A DNA stretch of 64,000 nucleotides from Macrostomum hystrix (Eukaryota > Animalia > Platyhelminthes). The stretch spans positions 1,674,001 to 1,738,000 of the forward strand of contig CATNEN010000007.1 of NCBI GenBank assembly GCA_950097015.1, given 5' to 3'. The translations under genes were made by a program, and so were the position numbers. This document shows, one piece after another, positions 48,846-61,704 of the stretch. Positions within the stretch are counted from its first letter, which is position 1, and each line of letters opens with the position of its first letter. Under the pieces are notes generated by a model. The model was given only the letters and a program-made list of their open reading frames with translations, ran no database searches and was not told where the DNA came from.

Positions 48846-49755
48846 TGTGTGAGTTAGAGGCATTTAGGGTCTTATCCAGAATGTGCAACTACATCAATTT
48901 AAGTGCAACAATCAATGCACTTAAATTGAATTTTCCCTTATTAAAAAAGACAATCTTTTATCTAGGTATTGCAGAGTCAGAATCAGAACATTTTCCCTCT
49001 TTCATTAGCTGTTTCATTAGTCTGTGATTTTTCTGTCTACTGAGCTTAATTTTTACACTTTTCCAACGTGTCTCTACCTTTCTAGGTTTCTAACCATTTA
49101 TTGGCTTTGTTGAATCAGGCTGCATATCATTTTACCAGTTCTCTCCTACCTAATTGGACCTCGTATCATAGCTCGTTCATTGTGCTTTTTGTTATTTTTT
49201 GTCAGTAATAAACTATCAGATTTCTGACATAAAATGGATTCAAGTAAACAACCTTCTTTAATCGTCAAACTTCTTTTAACTAATTAGCTGACGAGGATTC
49301 TTTCGCATAGTTGCTCTTTCAAAATCAAAGCTGTTTGACGTCAGACAGTGTAGTTGATGATGAAATTAGTTTTAGTGCAAGCGAGTTTCATGACAAGCTT
49401 TGTCACAAGGGCCAGTTAAGCTAGAATAGTCGTGTTACTTCTAGTTTATTTCAAACTTTCTTGCTCTTGTCAAGCCATTCGGAATAGAACAAAACATTGC
49501 ACCGGCCTTGAGCAGTGCTCTCTCTCGTGCTACCGTGGGCGCACTTTTAATAAGCCTCTCTTTCTCTCTTTAATTTTTGTATTCTCTCTGCTTGCGTGCC
49601 CATAATAGTTTAGAGCTTCTAGAGAATATATAAGCGTCAAACCGGTGCATACGCGTAGGACGCGTTTGTAGGGCCTGTCTTCTCGACTTACCAATATTAG
49701 TGACTTAATAATAGCAAAAGTTAGGTTTTCATTTCATTTTTCCCTATTTAACAAT

Positions 49756-51733
49756 ATGAGCAGCAACTCGTGGAGTGAGCGGTTCTACCAGAGGTGAGTG
49801 CGAAATTTCATACAGGACCTAAACTTTTGCCACACTGAACTTTTAAAGCCTCAAGTTATTCATGCACTTAATTCTACACTGACAACACTCACAATGTCAC
49901 AACACTCACAATGTCACAACACTGACAATGTCACAACACTGACAACTGTCACAACACTGACAACTGTCACAACACTGACAACTGTCACAACACTGACAAC
50001 TGTCACAGCACTGACAACTGTCACAACACTGACAACTGTCACAGCACTGACAACTGTCACGACACTGACAACTGTCACAACACTGACAACTGTAGAATTT
50101 GTAGAATTTGATGTAACTGATATAGTATATGTTTATTATGTATCGAGAGAAAGATGTGGCATAGTGTCAGGCCACCTGCCCGCCTGTTGCAGCCTGTCTA
50201 ACCGTCAGCAGAACTCGTCGCCGTCACTGCGGCAGCAGCAGCAGCAGCAGCTGTTTCAAATTCTGCTCAGCTCGCAGATCCGTCAGAGGTGGCAGCTGTT
50301 GCAGAGGATTCTGCATTCCGAGCCGCTGTACGGCTTCGAGGCTCCGCTGCCGACTAAGAGTCGAGTCCTGATCGCCTGGCCGTGTCAGCGGGGTCGCCTG
50401 ACTCCCAGCGGTGCTCGAGTCGCTCTCCTGGCTAACTTTGTTCAGCTAATTAATAGGGCCTTTGGTAATCACGTTGAGGATCTTGTCGCTTCAGTTGCGC
50501 CTCCGCGAGATAATGTTGATAAGGATGAGGATAAGCGAAACTCCCTGATTCTGACTGGCGACATCGAGCGCCTCGGACTGCGGCACTGCCGGCTGGAGAG
50601 TGAGGAGTTCTACGCCAAGGAGTCCCACCGGCTGGCCAGGGTGGGTGAATGGGAGGATGGCAGAGTGAATAGCAGAATGAATGTGATGGCATGGCAGAGT
50701 GAATAGCAGAATGAATGTGATGGCATGGCAGAGTGAATAGCAGAATGAATGTGATGGCATGGCAGAGTGAATAGCAGAATGAATGTGATGGCATGGCAGA
50801 GTGAATAGCAGAATGAATGTGATGGCATGGCAGAGTGAATAGCAGAATGAATGTGATGGCATGGCAGAGTGAATAGCAGAATGAATGTGATGGCATGGCA
50901 GAGTGAATAGCAGAATGAATGTGATGGCATGGCAGAATGAATGTGATGGCGTGGTAGAATGTCGCCAACAGTCGCCGGGTGCTCATCCGCAGGTTCTGAG
51001 CAGTCTTGGGCTCGCAGGCGGCGAGGCCTGGTCCAACAGCCGGCTGGGCGACCTGCTGGCGGCTCTGGCCCGCGCGGAGCGGACCTCCTATCACCGGCTG
51101 CACTGGGTGGCTGGTCACGACTCCGCTGACCGTATCGAAGCTTTAGCAGCCGGTCTGAGCCGTCTCGGTTATCGCCGTCTCGCCGAACCGTCGCCATGGC
51201 CGTTGCACGTTAGCGTCGGTCCGGTTTCTTTGGCAACGGGCTCGCCCAGCCGCCTAGAAGAGTGGCTGCTGTGCGGCGAGGCTGAGTCTACCGACTGGGA
51301 GGCGCGTGACAATGTCCTGCTGCAGCTGCTGGCTCCGCCTAGGGCCATGCCGGCTACAATTGGTGTCACGCACTGGCGACACACTGGCGATGCCCTGACA
51401 GCTGCCAGACTGCGCCGTACACGCCAACGATTGCTTGTTGAAAGTTCGCCTTTCAAAGCCGGCGATACCGACTTTGATGAAGATCCGAGCAGTTGGACTC
51501 GGCAGGATTCGGCCCTGGCTCAGCACCTGGCTGACTTCCCCCAAGCCGCCATGGCCACATACCTGTCCTATGAACCACGTCCATTGCTCAACCACCTGGC
51601 TAAGCTGTCTCAGCTGGTTGATGAAGCGGACATGGTAGATGATCTAACCAGGCCGAGCAGTCTATTGGCCAAAGCTGCAGGTCGTGTGTTCGATTCCACT
51701 TGCTCAGTGCTCGGTCTGCTGTCGGGCTGTTGA
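49756..51733 (+). CDS. Degenerate arginyl-tRNA synthetase-like / DALR anticodon-binding-domain protein (RARS2- or DALRD3-related)
   Basis: Exons 49756-49793, 50193-50640 and 50993-51733 give 408 aa in phase. Collinear resemblance to mitochondrial ArgRS segments (ANFVQLINRAFGNHV; LGL..ESEEFYAKES; HLADFPQA..YEPRPLLNHLAKLSQL; AAGRVFDSTCSVLGL), but with no HIGH motif. Confidence 0.7.
49880..50095. repeat. 18-bp minisatellite (CACAACACTGACAACTGT) in intron
   Basis: Tandem copies. Confidence 0.93.
50650..50950. repeat. 34-bp minisatellite (GGCAGAGTGAATAGCAGAATGAATGTGATGGCAT) filling an intron
   Basis: About 8 perfect copies. Confidence 0.96.
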
Positions 51734-51884
51734 TGACTGCACTTTTTTTAGTTGTTTTATAGGCTTGGATGCAAACAGCTATTTGTATATAGAGACAGGA
51801 ACAGGTACACAGACAAGTAGATGATATACATCGAAATAAAATGTAGTCTATCTAATGATAGACAGTGCGTGTAAGTAGACAGGC

Positions 51885-52140
51885 GGTTAGATAGGCAGGC
51901 AGGTAGGTAGATAAGACAGGCAGGTAGGTAGATAAAACAGGCAGGTAGATGGACAGGCAGTTAGGAAGATAGAACAGGTAGGTAGATGGAACAGGCATGT
52001 GGATAGACATGCAGGTAGATAGAGCAGGTAGGTAGATAGACATGCAGGCAGGTAGATAGACATGCAGGCAGGTAGATAGACATGCAGGCAGGTAGATAGA
52101 CATGCAGGCAGGATTGCAGACAGGTAAGTAGATTGACATG
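51885..52140. repeat. Degenerate about 20-bp repeat (GCAGGCAGGTAGATAGACAT)
   Basis: Imperfect tandem copies. Confidence 0.8.
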
Positions 52141-52209
52141 CACGTAAAAGGTCGTAAAGTCATTTCGGATAGTTAATCGGACATTCGAGTATGTCATTTG
52201 TCAATAAAT

Positions 52210-55200
52210 CTCTAATCTCAAATCTCTAAACTATCTCTAATCTCAAATCTATCTCTAATCTCAAATCTCTAAACTATCTCTAATCTCTAATCTCTAAACT
52301 AACTCTAATCTCAAATCTCTAAACTATCTCTAATCTCAAATCTCTAAACTATCTCTAATCTCAAATCTCTAAACTATCTCTAATCTCTAATCTCTAAGCT
52401 ATCTCTAATCTCTAATCTCTAAACTATCTCTAATCTCAAATGTCTAAACTATCTCTAATCTCAAATCTCTAAACTATCTCTAATCTCAAATCTCTAAACT
52501 ATCTCTAATCTCAAATCTCTAAACTATCTCTAATCTCAAATCTCTAAACTATCTCTAATCTCTAATCTCTAAACTATCTCTAATCTCAAATCTCTAAACT
52601 ATCTCTAATCTCAAATCTCTAAACTATCTCTAATCTCAAATCTCTAAACTAACTCTAATCTCAAATCTCTAAACTATCTCTAATCTCAAATGTCTAAACT
52701 ATGTCTAATCTCAAATCTCTAAACTATCTCTAATCTCTAATCTCTAAACTAACTCTAATCTCTAATCTCTAAACTATCTCTAATCTCAAATGTCTAAACT
52801 ATCTCTAATCTCAAATCTCTAAACTATCTCTAATCTCAAATGTCTAAACTATGTCAAATCTCAAATCTCTAAACTATCTCTAATCTCTAATCTCTAAACT
52901 ATCTCTAATCTCTAATCTCTAAACTATCTCTAATCTCAAATCTCTAAACTATCTCTAATCTCAAATCTCTAAACTATCTCTAATCTCAAATGTCTAAACT
53001 ATCTCTAATCTCAAATGTCTAAACTATCTCTAATCTCAAATCTCTAAACTATCTCTAATCTCAAATCTCTAAACTATCTCTAATCTCAAATCTCTAAACT
53101 ATCTCTAATCTCTAATCTCTAAACTAACTCTAATCTCTAATCTCTAAACTATCTCTAATCTCAAATCTCTAAACTATCTCTAATCTCTAATCTCTAAACT
53201 AACTCTAATCTCAAATCTCTAAACTATCTCTAATCTCAAATGTCTAAACTATGTCTAATCTCAAATCTCTAAACTATCTCTAATCTCTAATCTCTAAACT
53301 ATCTCTAATCTCAAATCTCTAAACTATCTCTAATCTCTAATCTCTAAACTAACTCTAATCTCAAATCTCTAAACTATCTCTAATCTCAAATGTCTAAACT
53401 ATGTCTAATCTCAAATCTCTAAACTATCTCTAATCTCAAATCTCTAAACTATCTCTAATCTCAAATCTCTAAACTATCTCTAATCTCAAATGTCTAAACT
53501 ATGTCTAATCTCAAATCTCTAAACTATCTCTAATCTCTAATCTCTAAACTAACTCTAATCTCAAATCTCTAAACTATCTCTAATCTCAAATGTCTAAACT
53601 ATGTCTAATCTCAAATCTCTAAACTATGTCTAATCTCAAATCTCTAAACTATCTCTAATCTCAAATCTCTAAACTATCTCAAATCTCAAATCTCTAAGCT
53701 ATCTCTAATCTCAAATCTCTAAACTATCTCTAATCTCTAATCTCTAAACTATCTCTAATCTCAAATGTCTAAACTATCTCTAATCTCAAATCTCTAAACT
53801 ATCTCTAATCTCTAATCTCTAAACTAACTCTAATCTCAAATCTCTAAACTATCTCTAATCTCAAATGTCTAAACTATGTCTAATCTCAAATCTCTAAACT
53901 ATCTCTAATCTCAAATGTCTAAACTATGTCTAATCTCAAATCTCTAAACTATCTCTAATCTCAAATCTCTAAACTATCTCTAATCTCAAATCTCTAAACT
54001 ATCTCTAATCTCAAATCTCTAAACTATCTCTAATCTCAAATCTCTAAGCTATCTCTAATCTCAAATCTCTAAACTATCTCTAATCTCTAATCTCTAAACT
54101 ATCTCTAATCTCAAATGTCTAAACTATCTCTAATCTCAAATCTCTAAACTATCTCTAATCTCTAATCTCTAAACTAACTCTAATCTCAAATCTCTAAACT
54201 ATCTCTAATCTCAAATGTCTAAACTATGTCTAATCTCAAATCTCTAAACTATCTCTAATCTCAAATGTCTAAACTATGTCTAATCTCAAATCTCTAAACT
54301 ATCTCTAATCTCAAATCTCTAAACTATCTCTAATCTCAAATCTCTAAACTATCTCTAATCTCTAATCTCTAAACTATCTCTAATCTCTAATCTCTAAACT
54401 ATGTCTAATCTCAAATCTCTAAGCTATCTCTAATCTCAAATCTCTAAACTATCTCTAATCTCAAATCTCTAAACTATCTCTAATCTCAAATCTCTAAGCT
54501 ATCTCTAATCTCAAATGTCTAAACTATGTCTAATCTCAAATCTCTAAACTATCTCTAATCTCAAATCTCTAAACTATCTCTAATCTCAAATCTCTAAACT
54601 ATCTCTAATCTCAAATCTCTAAACTATCTCTAATCTCAAATCTCTAAACTATCTCTAATCTCAAATCTCTAAACTATCTCTAATCTCAAATCTCTAAACT
54701 ATCTCTAATCTCAAATCTCTAAACTATCTCTAATCTCTAATCTCTAAACTATCTCTAATCTCTAATCTCTAAACTATCTCTAATCTCAAATCTCTAAACT
54801 ATCTCTAATCTCAAATCTCTAAGCTATCTCTAATCTCTAATCTCTAAACTATCTCAAATCTCAAATCTCTAAACTATCTCAAATCTCAAATCTCTAAGCT
54901 ATCTCTAATCTCTAATCTCTAAACTATCTCTAATCTCTAATCTCTAAACTATCTCTAATCTCAAATCTCTAAACTATCTCAAATCTCAAATCTCTAAGCT
55001 ATCTCTAATCTCAAATGTCTAAACTATCTCTAATCTCAAATCTCTAAACTATCTCTAATCTCTAATCTCTAAACTATCTCTAATCTCAAATCTCTAAACT
55101 ATCTCAAATCTCAAATCTCTAAGCTATCTCTAATCTCAAATGTCTAAACTATCTCTAATCTCAAATCTCTAAACTATCTCAAATCTCAAATCTCTAAGCT

Positions 55201-57500
55201 ATCTCTAATCTCAAATCTCTAAGCTATCTCTAATCTCTAATCTCTAAACTATCTCTAATCTCTAATCTCTAAACTATCTCTAATCTCAAATCTCTAAACT
55301 ATCTCAAATCTCAAATCTCTAAGCTATCTCTAATCTCAAATGTCTAAACTATCTCTAATCTCAAATCTCTAAACTATCTCTAATCTCAAATCTCTAAACT
55401 ATCTCAAATCTCAAATCTCTAAGCTATCTCTAATCTCAAATGTCTAAACTATCTCTAATCTCAAATCTCTAAACTATCTCTAATCTCTAATCTCTAAACT
55501 ATCTCTAATCTCTAATCTCTAAACTATCTCTAATCTCAAATCTCTAAGCTATCTCTAATCTCTAATCTCTAAACTATCTCTAATCTCAAATCTCTAAACT
55601 ATCTCTAATCTCAAATCTCTAAACTATCTCTAATCTCACATCTCTAAGCTATCTCTAATCTCAAATGTCTAAACTATCTCTAATCTCAAATGTCTAAACT
55701 ATCTCTAATCTCAAATGTCTAAGCTATCTCTAATCTCAAATCTCTAAACTATCTCTAATCTCAAATGTCTAAACTATCTCTAATCTCAAATCTCTAAACT
55801 ATCTCTAATCTCAAATCTCTAAACTATCTCTAATCTCACATCTCTAAGCTATCTCTAATCTCAAATGTCTAAACTATCTCTAATCTCAAATGTCTAAACT
55901 ATCTCTAATCTCAAATGTCTAAGCTATCTCTAATCTCAAATCTCTAAACTATCTCTAATCTCAAATGTCTAAACTATCTCTAATCTCAAATGTCTAAACT
56001 ATCTCTAATCTCAAATCTCTAAACTATCTCTAATCTCAAATGTCTAAAATATCTCTAATCTCAAATCTCTAAAATATCTCTAATCTCAAATCTCTAAGCT
56101 ATCTCTAATCTCAAATGTCTAAACTATCTCTAATCTCAAATCTCTAAACAAAGCTCTAATCTCAAATCTCTAAACTATCTCTAATCTCAAATCTCTAAAC
56201 TATCTCTAATCTCTAATCTCTAAACTATCTCTAATCTCAAATCTCTAAACAAAGCTCTAATCTCAAATCTCTAAACTAACTCTAATCTCTAATCTCTAAA
56301 CTATCTCTAATCTCTAATCTCTAAACTATCTCTAATCTCTAATCTCTAAACTATCTCTAATCTCAAATCTCTAAGCTATCTCTAATCTCTAATCTCTAAA
56401 CTATCTCTAATCTCAAATCTCTAAACTATCTCTAATCTCAAATCTCTAAACTATCTCTAATCTCACATCTCTAAGCTATCTCTAATCTCAAATGTCTAAA
56501 CTATCTCTAATCTCAAATGTCTAAACTATCTCTAATCTCAAATGTCTAAGCTATCTCTAATCTCAAATCTCTAAACTATCTCTAATCTCAAATGTCTAAA
56601 CTATCTCTAATCTCAAATCTCTAAACTATCTCTAATCTCAAATCTCTAAACTATCTCTAATCTCACATCTCTAAGCTATCTCTAATCTCAAATGTCTAAA
56701 CTATCTCTAATCTCAAATGTCTAAACTATCTCTAATCTCAAATGTCTAAGCTATCTCTAATCTCAAATCTCTAAACTATCTCTAATCTCAAATGTCTAAA
56801 CTATCTCTAATCTCAAATGTCTAAACTATCTCTAATCTCAAATCTCTAAACTATCTCTAATCTCAAATGTCTAAAATATCTCTAATCTCAAATCTCTAAA
56901 ATATCTCTAATCTCAAATCTCTAAGCTATCTCTAATCTCAAATGTCTAAACTATCTCTAATCTCAAATCTCTAAACAAAGCTCTAATCTCAAATCTCTAA
57001 ACTATCTCTAATCTCAAATCTCTAAACTATCTCTAATCTCTAATCTCTAAACTATCTCTAATCTCAAATCTCTAAACAAAGCTCTAATCTCAAATCTCTA
57101 AACTAACTCTAATCTCTAATCTCTAAACTATCTCTAATCTCAAATCTCTAAACTATCTCTAATCTCAAATCTCTAAACTATCTCTAATCTCAAATCTCTA
57201 AGCTATCTCTAATCTCTAATCTCTAAACTATCTCTAATCTCTAATCTCTAAACTATCTCTAATCTCTAATCTCTAAACTATCTCTAATCTCAAATCTCTA
57301 AACTATCTCTAATCTCAAATCTCTAAACTATCTCTAATCTCAAATCTCTAAACTATGTCTAATCTCAAATCTCTAAACTATCTCAAATCTCTAAACTATC
57401 TCTAATCTCAAATCTCTAAACTATCTCAAATCTCTAAACTATCTCTAATCTCTAATCTCTAAACTATCTCAAATCTCAAATCTCTAAACAAAGCTCTAAT
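52210..57500. repeat. 5.3-kb satellite of 25-bp units (AAACTATCTCTAATCTCAAATCTCT)
   Basis: Roughly 210 tandem units; the + strand is almost free of G. Confidence 0.98.
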
Positions 57501-58029
57501 CCAATTGTTTTACTGTTACAAAAATCAATTTCGTCGCTAAATGTAATGTCGCTCAGATTTGTATAAATTATATCGTAACTAGTATTTTAAAATTCAATTC
57601 ATTAAATTGCATTAAAATCGTTTTTATGTTTTTTATAAACATCAATTGTTTTAAGTCGAAAGAAAATGCCATTTTTACTCGTTTTTACATGTTTTTGAAA
57701 CACTGTTGTTCATGACATCTTATATGGTGCTGTGCTGTTTGATCCATTGCAATTTTCAACAGTTCGTTTCACATTTTTTGTCCGTCGACAATTCATTTTA
57801 CGGCAAAATCTTATCACATTTTCTATTCAACTTTAAGATGTGTTTTATTTAAGGGCTGATTTGCATTAGCTGTTTTATATAAACTACAGATAGACGGCGC
57901 ATCACAAATATATATTTGTTAGAATGCTTGCAAAGTACAGCTAAATCATCTTTCATTCAACTGACTACCAATTCGGGGAGAGGGAAGTTGGGTAGGAAAA
58001 GAGGGGATTAAGATTGGGATAGAGAGAAC

Positions 58030-59010
58030 TGGAAATGTGGAGCAGTGGGGTGGGGGAACATGGGTGGGGGATAGAGGAACAGGGGTGTAGGAAAGGGGAA
58101 GATGGTAGTAGGACAGGGGAAGAGGGGAGTAGGATAGGGGAACAGGGTAGTAGGAAAGGGGAACAGGGTAGTAGGATAGGGGAACAGGGTAGTAGGATAG
58201 GGGAACAGGGGTGTAGGAAAGGGGAACATGGTAGTAGGATAGGGGAACAGGGTAGTAGGATAAGGGAACAGGGTAGTAGGATAGGGGAACAGGGGTGTAG
58301 GAAAGGGGAACATGGTAGTAGGATAGGGGAACAGGGTAGTAGGAAAGGGGAACAGGGTAGTAGGATAGGGGAACAGGGTAGTAGGATAGGGGAACAGGGG
58401 TGTAGGAAAGGGGAACATGGTAGTAGGATAGGGGAACAGGGTAGTAGGATAAGGGAACAGGGTAGTAGGATAGGGGAACAGGGGTGTAGGAAAGGGGAAC
58501 ATGGTAGTAGGATAGGGGAGCAGGGTAGTAGGATAGGGGAACAGGGTAGTAGGATAGGGGAACATGGTAGTAGGACAGGGGAACAGGGGAGTAGGATAGG
58601 GGAACATGGTAGTAGGACAGGGGAACAGGGGAGTAGGATAGGGGAACATGGTAGTAGGACAGGGGAACAGGGGAGTAGGATAGGGGAACATGGTAGTAGG
58701 ATAGGGGAACAGGGTAGTAGGATAGGGGAACATGGTAGTAGGACAGGGGAACAGGGGAGTAGGATAGGGGAACATGGTAGTAGGATAGGGGAACAGGGTA
58801 GTAGGATAGGGGAACAGGGTAGTAGGAAAGGGGAACAGGGTAGTAGGATAGGGGAACAGGGTAGTAGGATAGGGGAACAGGGTAGTTGGAAAGGGGAACA
58901 TTGGTGTAGGAGAGGGCACAGGGTTGTGTGATAGGGGATCAGGGGTGTAGGAAAGGGGAACAGGGGTGTAGAAAGGGGCACAGGGTTGTGTGATAGGGGA
59001 TCAGGGGTGT
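58030..59010. repeat. 21-bp G-rich minisatellite (GGGTAGTAGGATAGGGGAACA)
   Basis: Tandem periodicity; it produces the spurious PCSPILL ORFs. Confidence 0.96.
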
Positions 59011-59076
59011 ATCATCCTTGGCTCAGTCTTCCAAATCTACGCAAGATGCTCCACATTCTGACTTCCAGCCCAGCCA

Positions 59077-60817
59077 ATGGATCCGCTTGGCATGCGACTC
59101 CATGTGGAGATGATGAAGCAGCTAAATGAAAGCAAAGAGAGCTACCCGGAAAATCACAATCCGAACGATGAGCTGGTGGCTGCCCAGTCCAAGCGAAAGT
59201 TGGCTAATCCCGCTAATTGGTTCCGGCGGCCGGCCAGCAATCCCTTGACTTCGAATCAGTTTTTCCCCGCATTCGACCAGCTGCCTATGGATATCGACTA
59301 CGACAGTGACTATTACGATGGGTAAGTTCCTAGTGACCCAGTGTGCTGAGTGAGTGATCCAGTGTGCTTAGTGAGTGACCCAGTGTGCTCAGTGAGTGAC
59401 CCAGTGTGCTCAGTGAGTGACCCAGTGTGCTCAGTGAGTGACGGTGTGCTCAGTGAGTGACCCAGTGTGCTCAGTGAGTGACGGTGTGCTCAGTGAGTGA
59501 CCCAGTGTGCTCAGTGAGTGACGGTGTGCTCAGTGAGTGACCCAGTGTGCTCAGTGATTTACTGACCCAGTGTTCTCAGTGATTAACTGACCCAGTGTGC
59601 TCAGTTAGTGACCCAGTGTGCTCAGTTAGTGACCCAGTGTGCTCAGTGAGTGAACCAGTGTGCTCAGTGAGTGAACCAGTGTGCTCAGTGAGTGACCCAA
59701 TGTGCTCAGTGAGTGAACCAGTGTGCTCAGTGAGTGCTTCAGTCATACACTCAAGTTAAATAGGCATTTTCCCTGCATCATTCAAAAGGAATCACTTTCG
59801 CAAGTTCTGGTTGCTGCTGGCCGAGATTGTAGACGCCTCCCTCACCACCATCAGCTGTTTGCGCAACGAAGTTAAAGCCAAAGACAAGTTGGGTCACGTG
59901 TTTCCCATCTGTTTTTACCCGGATAGTGAAAGTCTCCAGTTTAACTACCGCAGCCTTCGCCAGGGTCGAACCCTGGTACTGTTCTGCCCAACTCAACACG
60001 AGTTTTTGGACGGTCGAACCGGCATGAGAATGGAGCATTTGGAAAGCATGCGGGTATTGCCCATGAACATGGTTGATGTGCAGCGAACAGCCGCGAGGGC
60101 TTTCGTGTGCTCAGTTCACAAGTGAGACCAGGGAATGAGTTTACTCATTCGGTTACGGCTCATTGCACAGTTTACTTTAGTTTACAATTTTGTTAGAGAG
60201 ATTGAGTACAGTTTACTGGAGAGATTGAGTACAGTTTACTGGAGAGATTGAGTACAGTTTACTGTAGATATTGAGTACAGCTTATTAGAGAGTTTGAGTA
60301 CAGTTTATTTAAGATATTGAGTACAGTTTATTTAAGATATTGAGTACAGTTTATTTAAGATATTGAGTACAGTTTATTTAAGATATTGAGTACAGTTTAT
60401 TTAAGATATTGAGTACAGTTTATTTAAGATATTGAGTACAGTTATTTAAGATATTGAGTACAGTTTATTTAAGATATTGAGTACAGTTTATTTAAGATAT
60501 TGAGTACAGTTACAAATAATTCCATTCCTCTTAATAAAATATTGCCCAGATGCTGGAGGTGCAGGTCAGACGAGCAGCAGCGGCGGCAGCAGCAGTCGAA
60601 GCAGCGTCTATTCCGTTGCAGCGGCTGCGGCTACGCCCGCTACTGCGGTCGCGACTGTCAGGCGGCGGACTACCCGCGACACAAAGCCGAATGCGCCAGC
60701 GGCGGTAAAGTTCTGCGGCAGATTGTCCGGCTTGTGTACTTCCGCTATGACACTGCCGTAAGGCAGCAGTTTCGAGACGACATTTACGTTTCACATCCGT
60801 TTGATCTGTTTGTCTGA
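59077..60817 (+). CDS. MYND-type zinc finger protein with an uncharacterised N-terminal domain
   Basis: Exons 59077-59321, 59789-60121 and 60550-60817 give 281 aa in phase. C-terminal CWRC...CSGCGYARYCGRDCQAADYPRHKAEC fits the MYND pattern. Confidence 0.85.
59335..59735. repeat. 21-bp minisatellite (GACCCAGTGTGCTCAGTGAGT) in MYND intron 1
   Basis: Tandem copies with 19-bp variants. Confidence 0.95.
60195..60512. repeat. 23-bp minisatellite (TATTGAGTACAGTTTATTTAAGA) in MYND intron 2
   Basis: Tandem copies. Confidence 0.93.
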
Positions 60818-60854
60818 CTGCTTCCTAGTACTGCTGAAAATCTATTGTAGTATA

Positions 60855-61125
60855 AGTTTGAGTTGGTGGACTTCAAAGTGTCCCATAGTATAGTTTGAGT
60901 AGGTGGACTCAAAGTATTCCATAGTCTAGTTTGAGCAGGTGGACTTCAAAGTGTCCCATAGTATAGTTTGAGTAGGTGGACTCAAAGTATTCCATAGTCT
61001 AGTTTGAGCAGGTGGACTTCAAAGTATCTCATAGTATAGTTTGAGTAGGTGGACTCAAAGTATTCCATAGTATAGTTTGAGTAGGTGGACTCAAATTGTC
61101 CCGTAGTATCGTTTGAGTAGATTGA
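60855..61125. repeat. About 37-bp minisatellite (AGTTTGAGTAGGTGGACTCAAAGTATTCCAT...)
   Basis: About 7 imperfect copies. Confidence 0.88.
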
Positions 61126-61704
61126 CTCACAAACTCTTCTATCTTGATAAGCATTTTAAGGCGGTTTCCCTGGTTATCACGGCAGTTATTTAATTAGAAT
61201 ATCAGTTTTACCGATTTATTTCTTAATTTACTTTCCTCAGTAATGTTATATTTAGATCGGAGCAATATTGCTCTCACTAACTTAAGATTCTTCAGTCACC
61301 TTATCAGTCGTCTGTGAGCGGGAAAAAAATACAAAATCGTTCTTTCTTTCAGCTTTCTTTGCTTCCAATTTTTTTCTGTCATGTTATTAATAGTACGAGC
61401 GATAAGAAAGTTTAATAGTTGTTTTCACTATTTTAATTATTCGCCCTTTTTTCTCTAAATTTTGTGCTTCTTATTCACATTCATAAGCCGATAATTGTCT
61501 CATTTGTTTTTTTGTTTAGCTGGATAGCACTTATTGACTTACCTTTGTTTTGCAATAAGATATCATTCGTCTAAATCAGAAGTTGTTTACTGAACAGTAC
61601 AGTACAGTACATATTCTGCGAAATAAAAAATAACAAACTCGATACATTCTGTTTGTTACGTTATTTTGGATAAATATTGCTTACTTTGCTATTTCATTTT
61701 TCCT

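Noticed and set aside
57965-58981. About 300-aa ORFs in three frames (PCSPILL / GEQGSRI)
   Set aside because: 21-bp tandem repeat with no coding signature.
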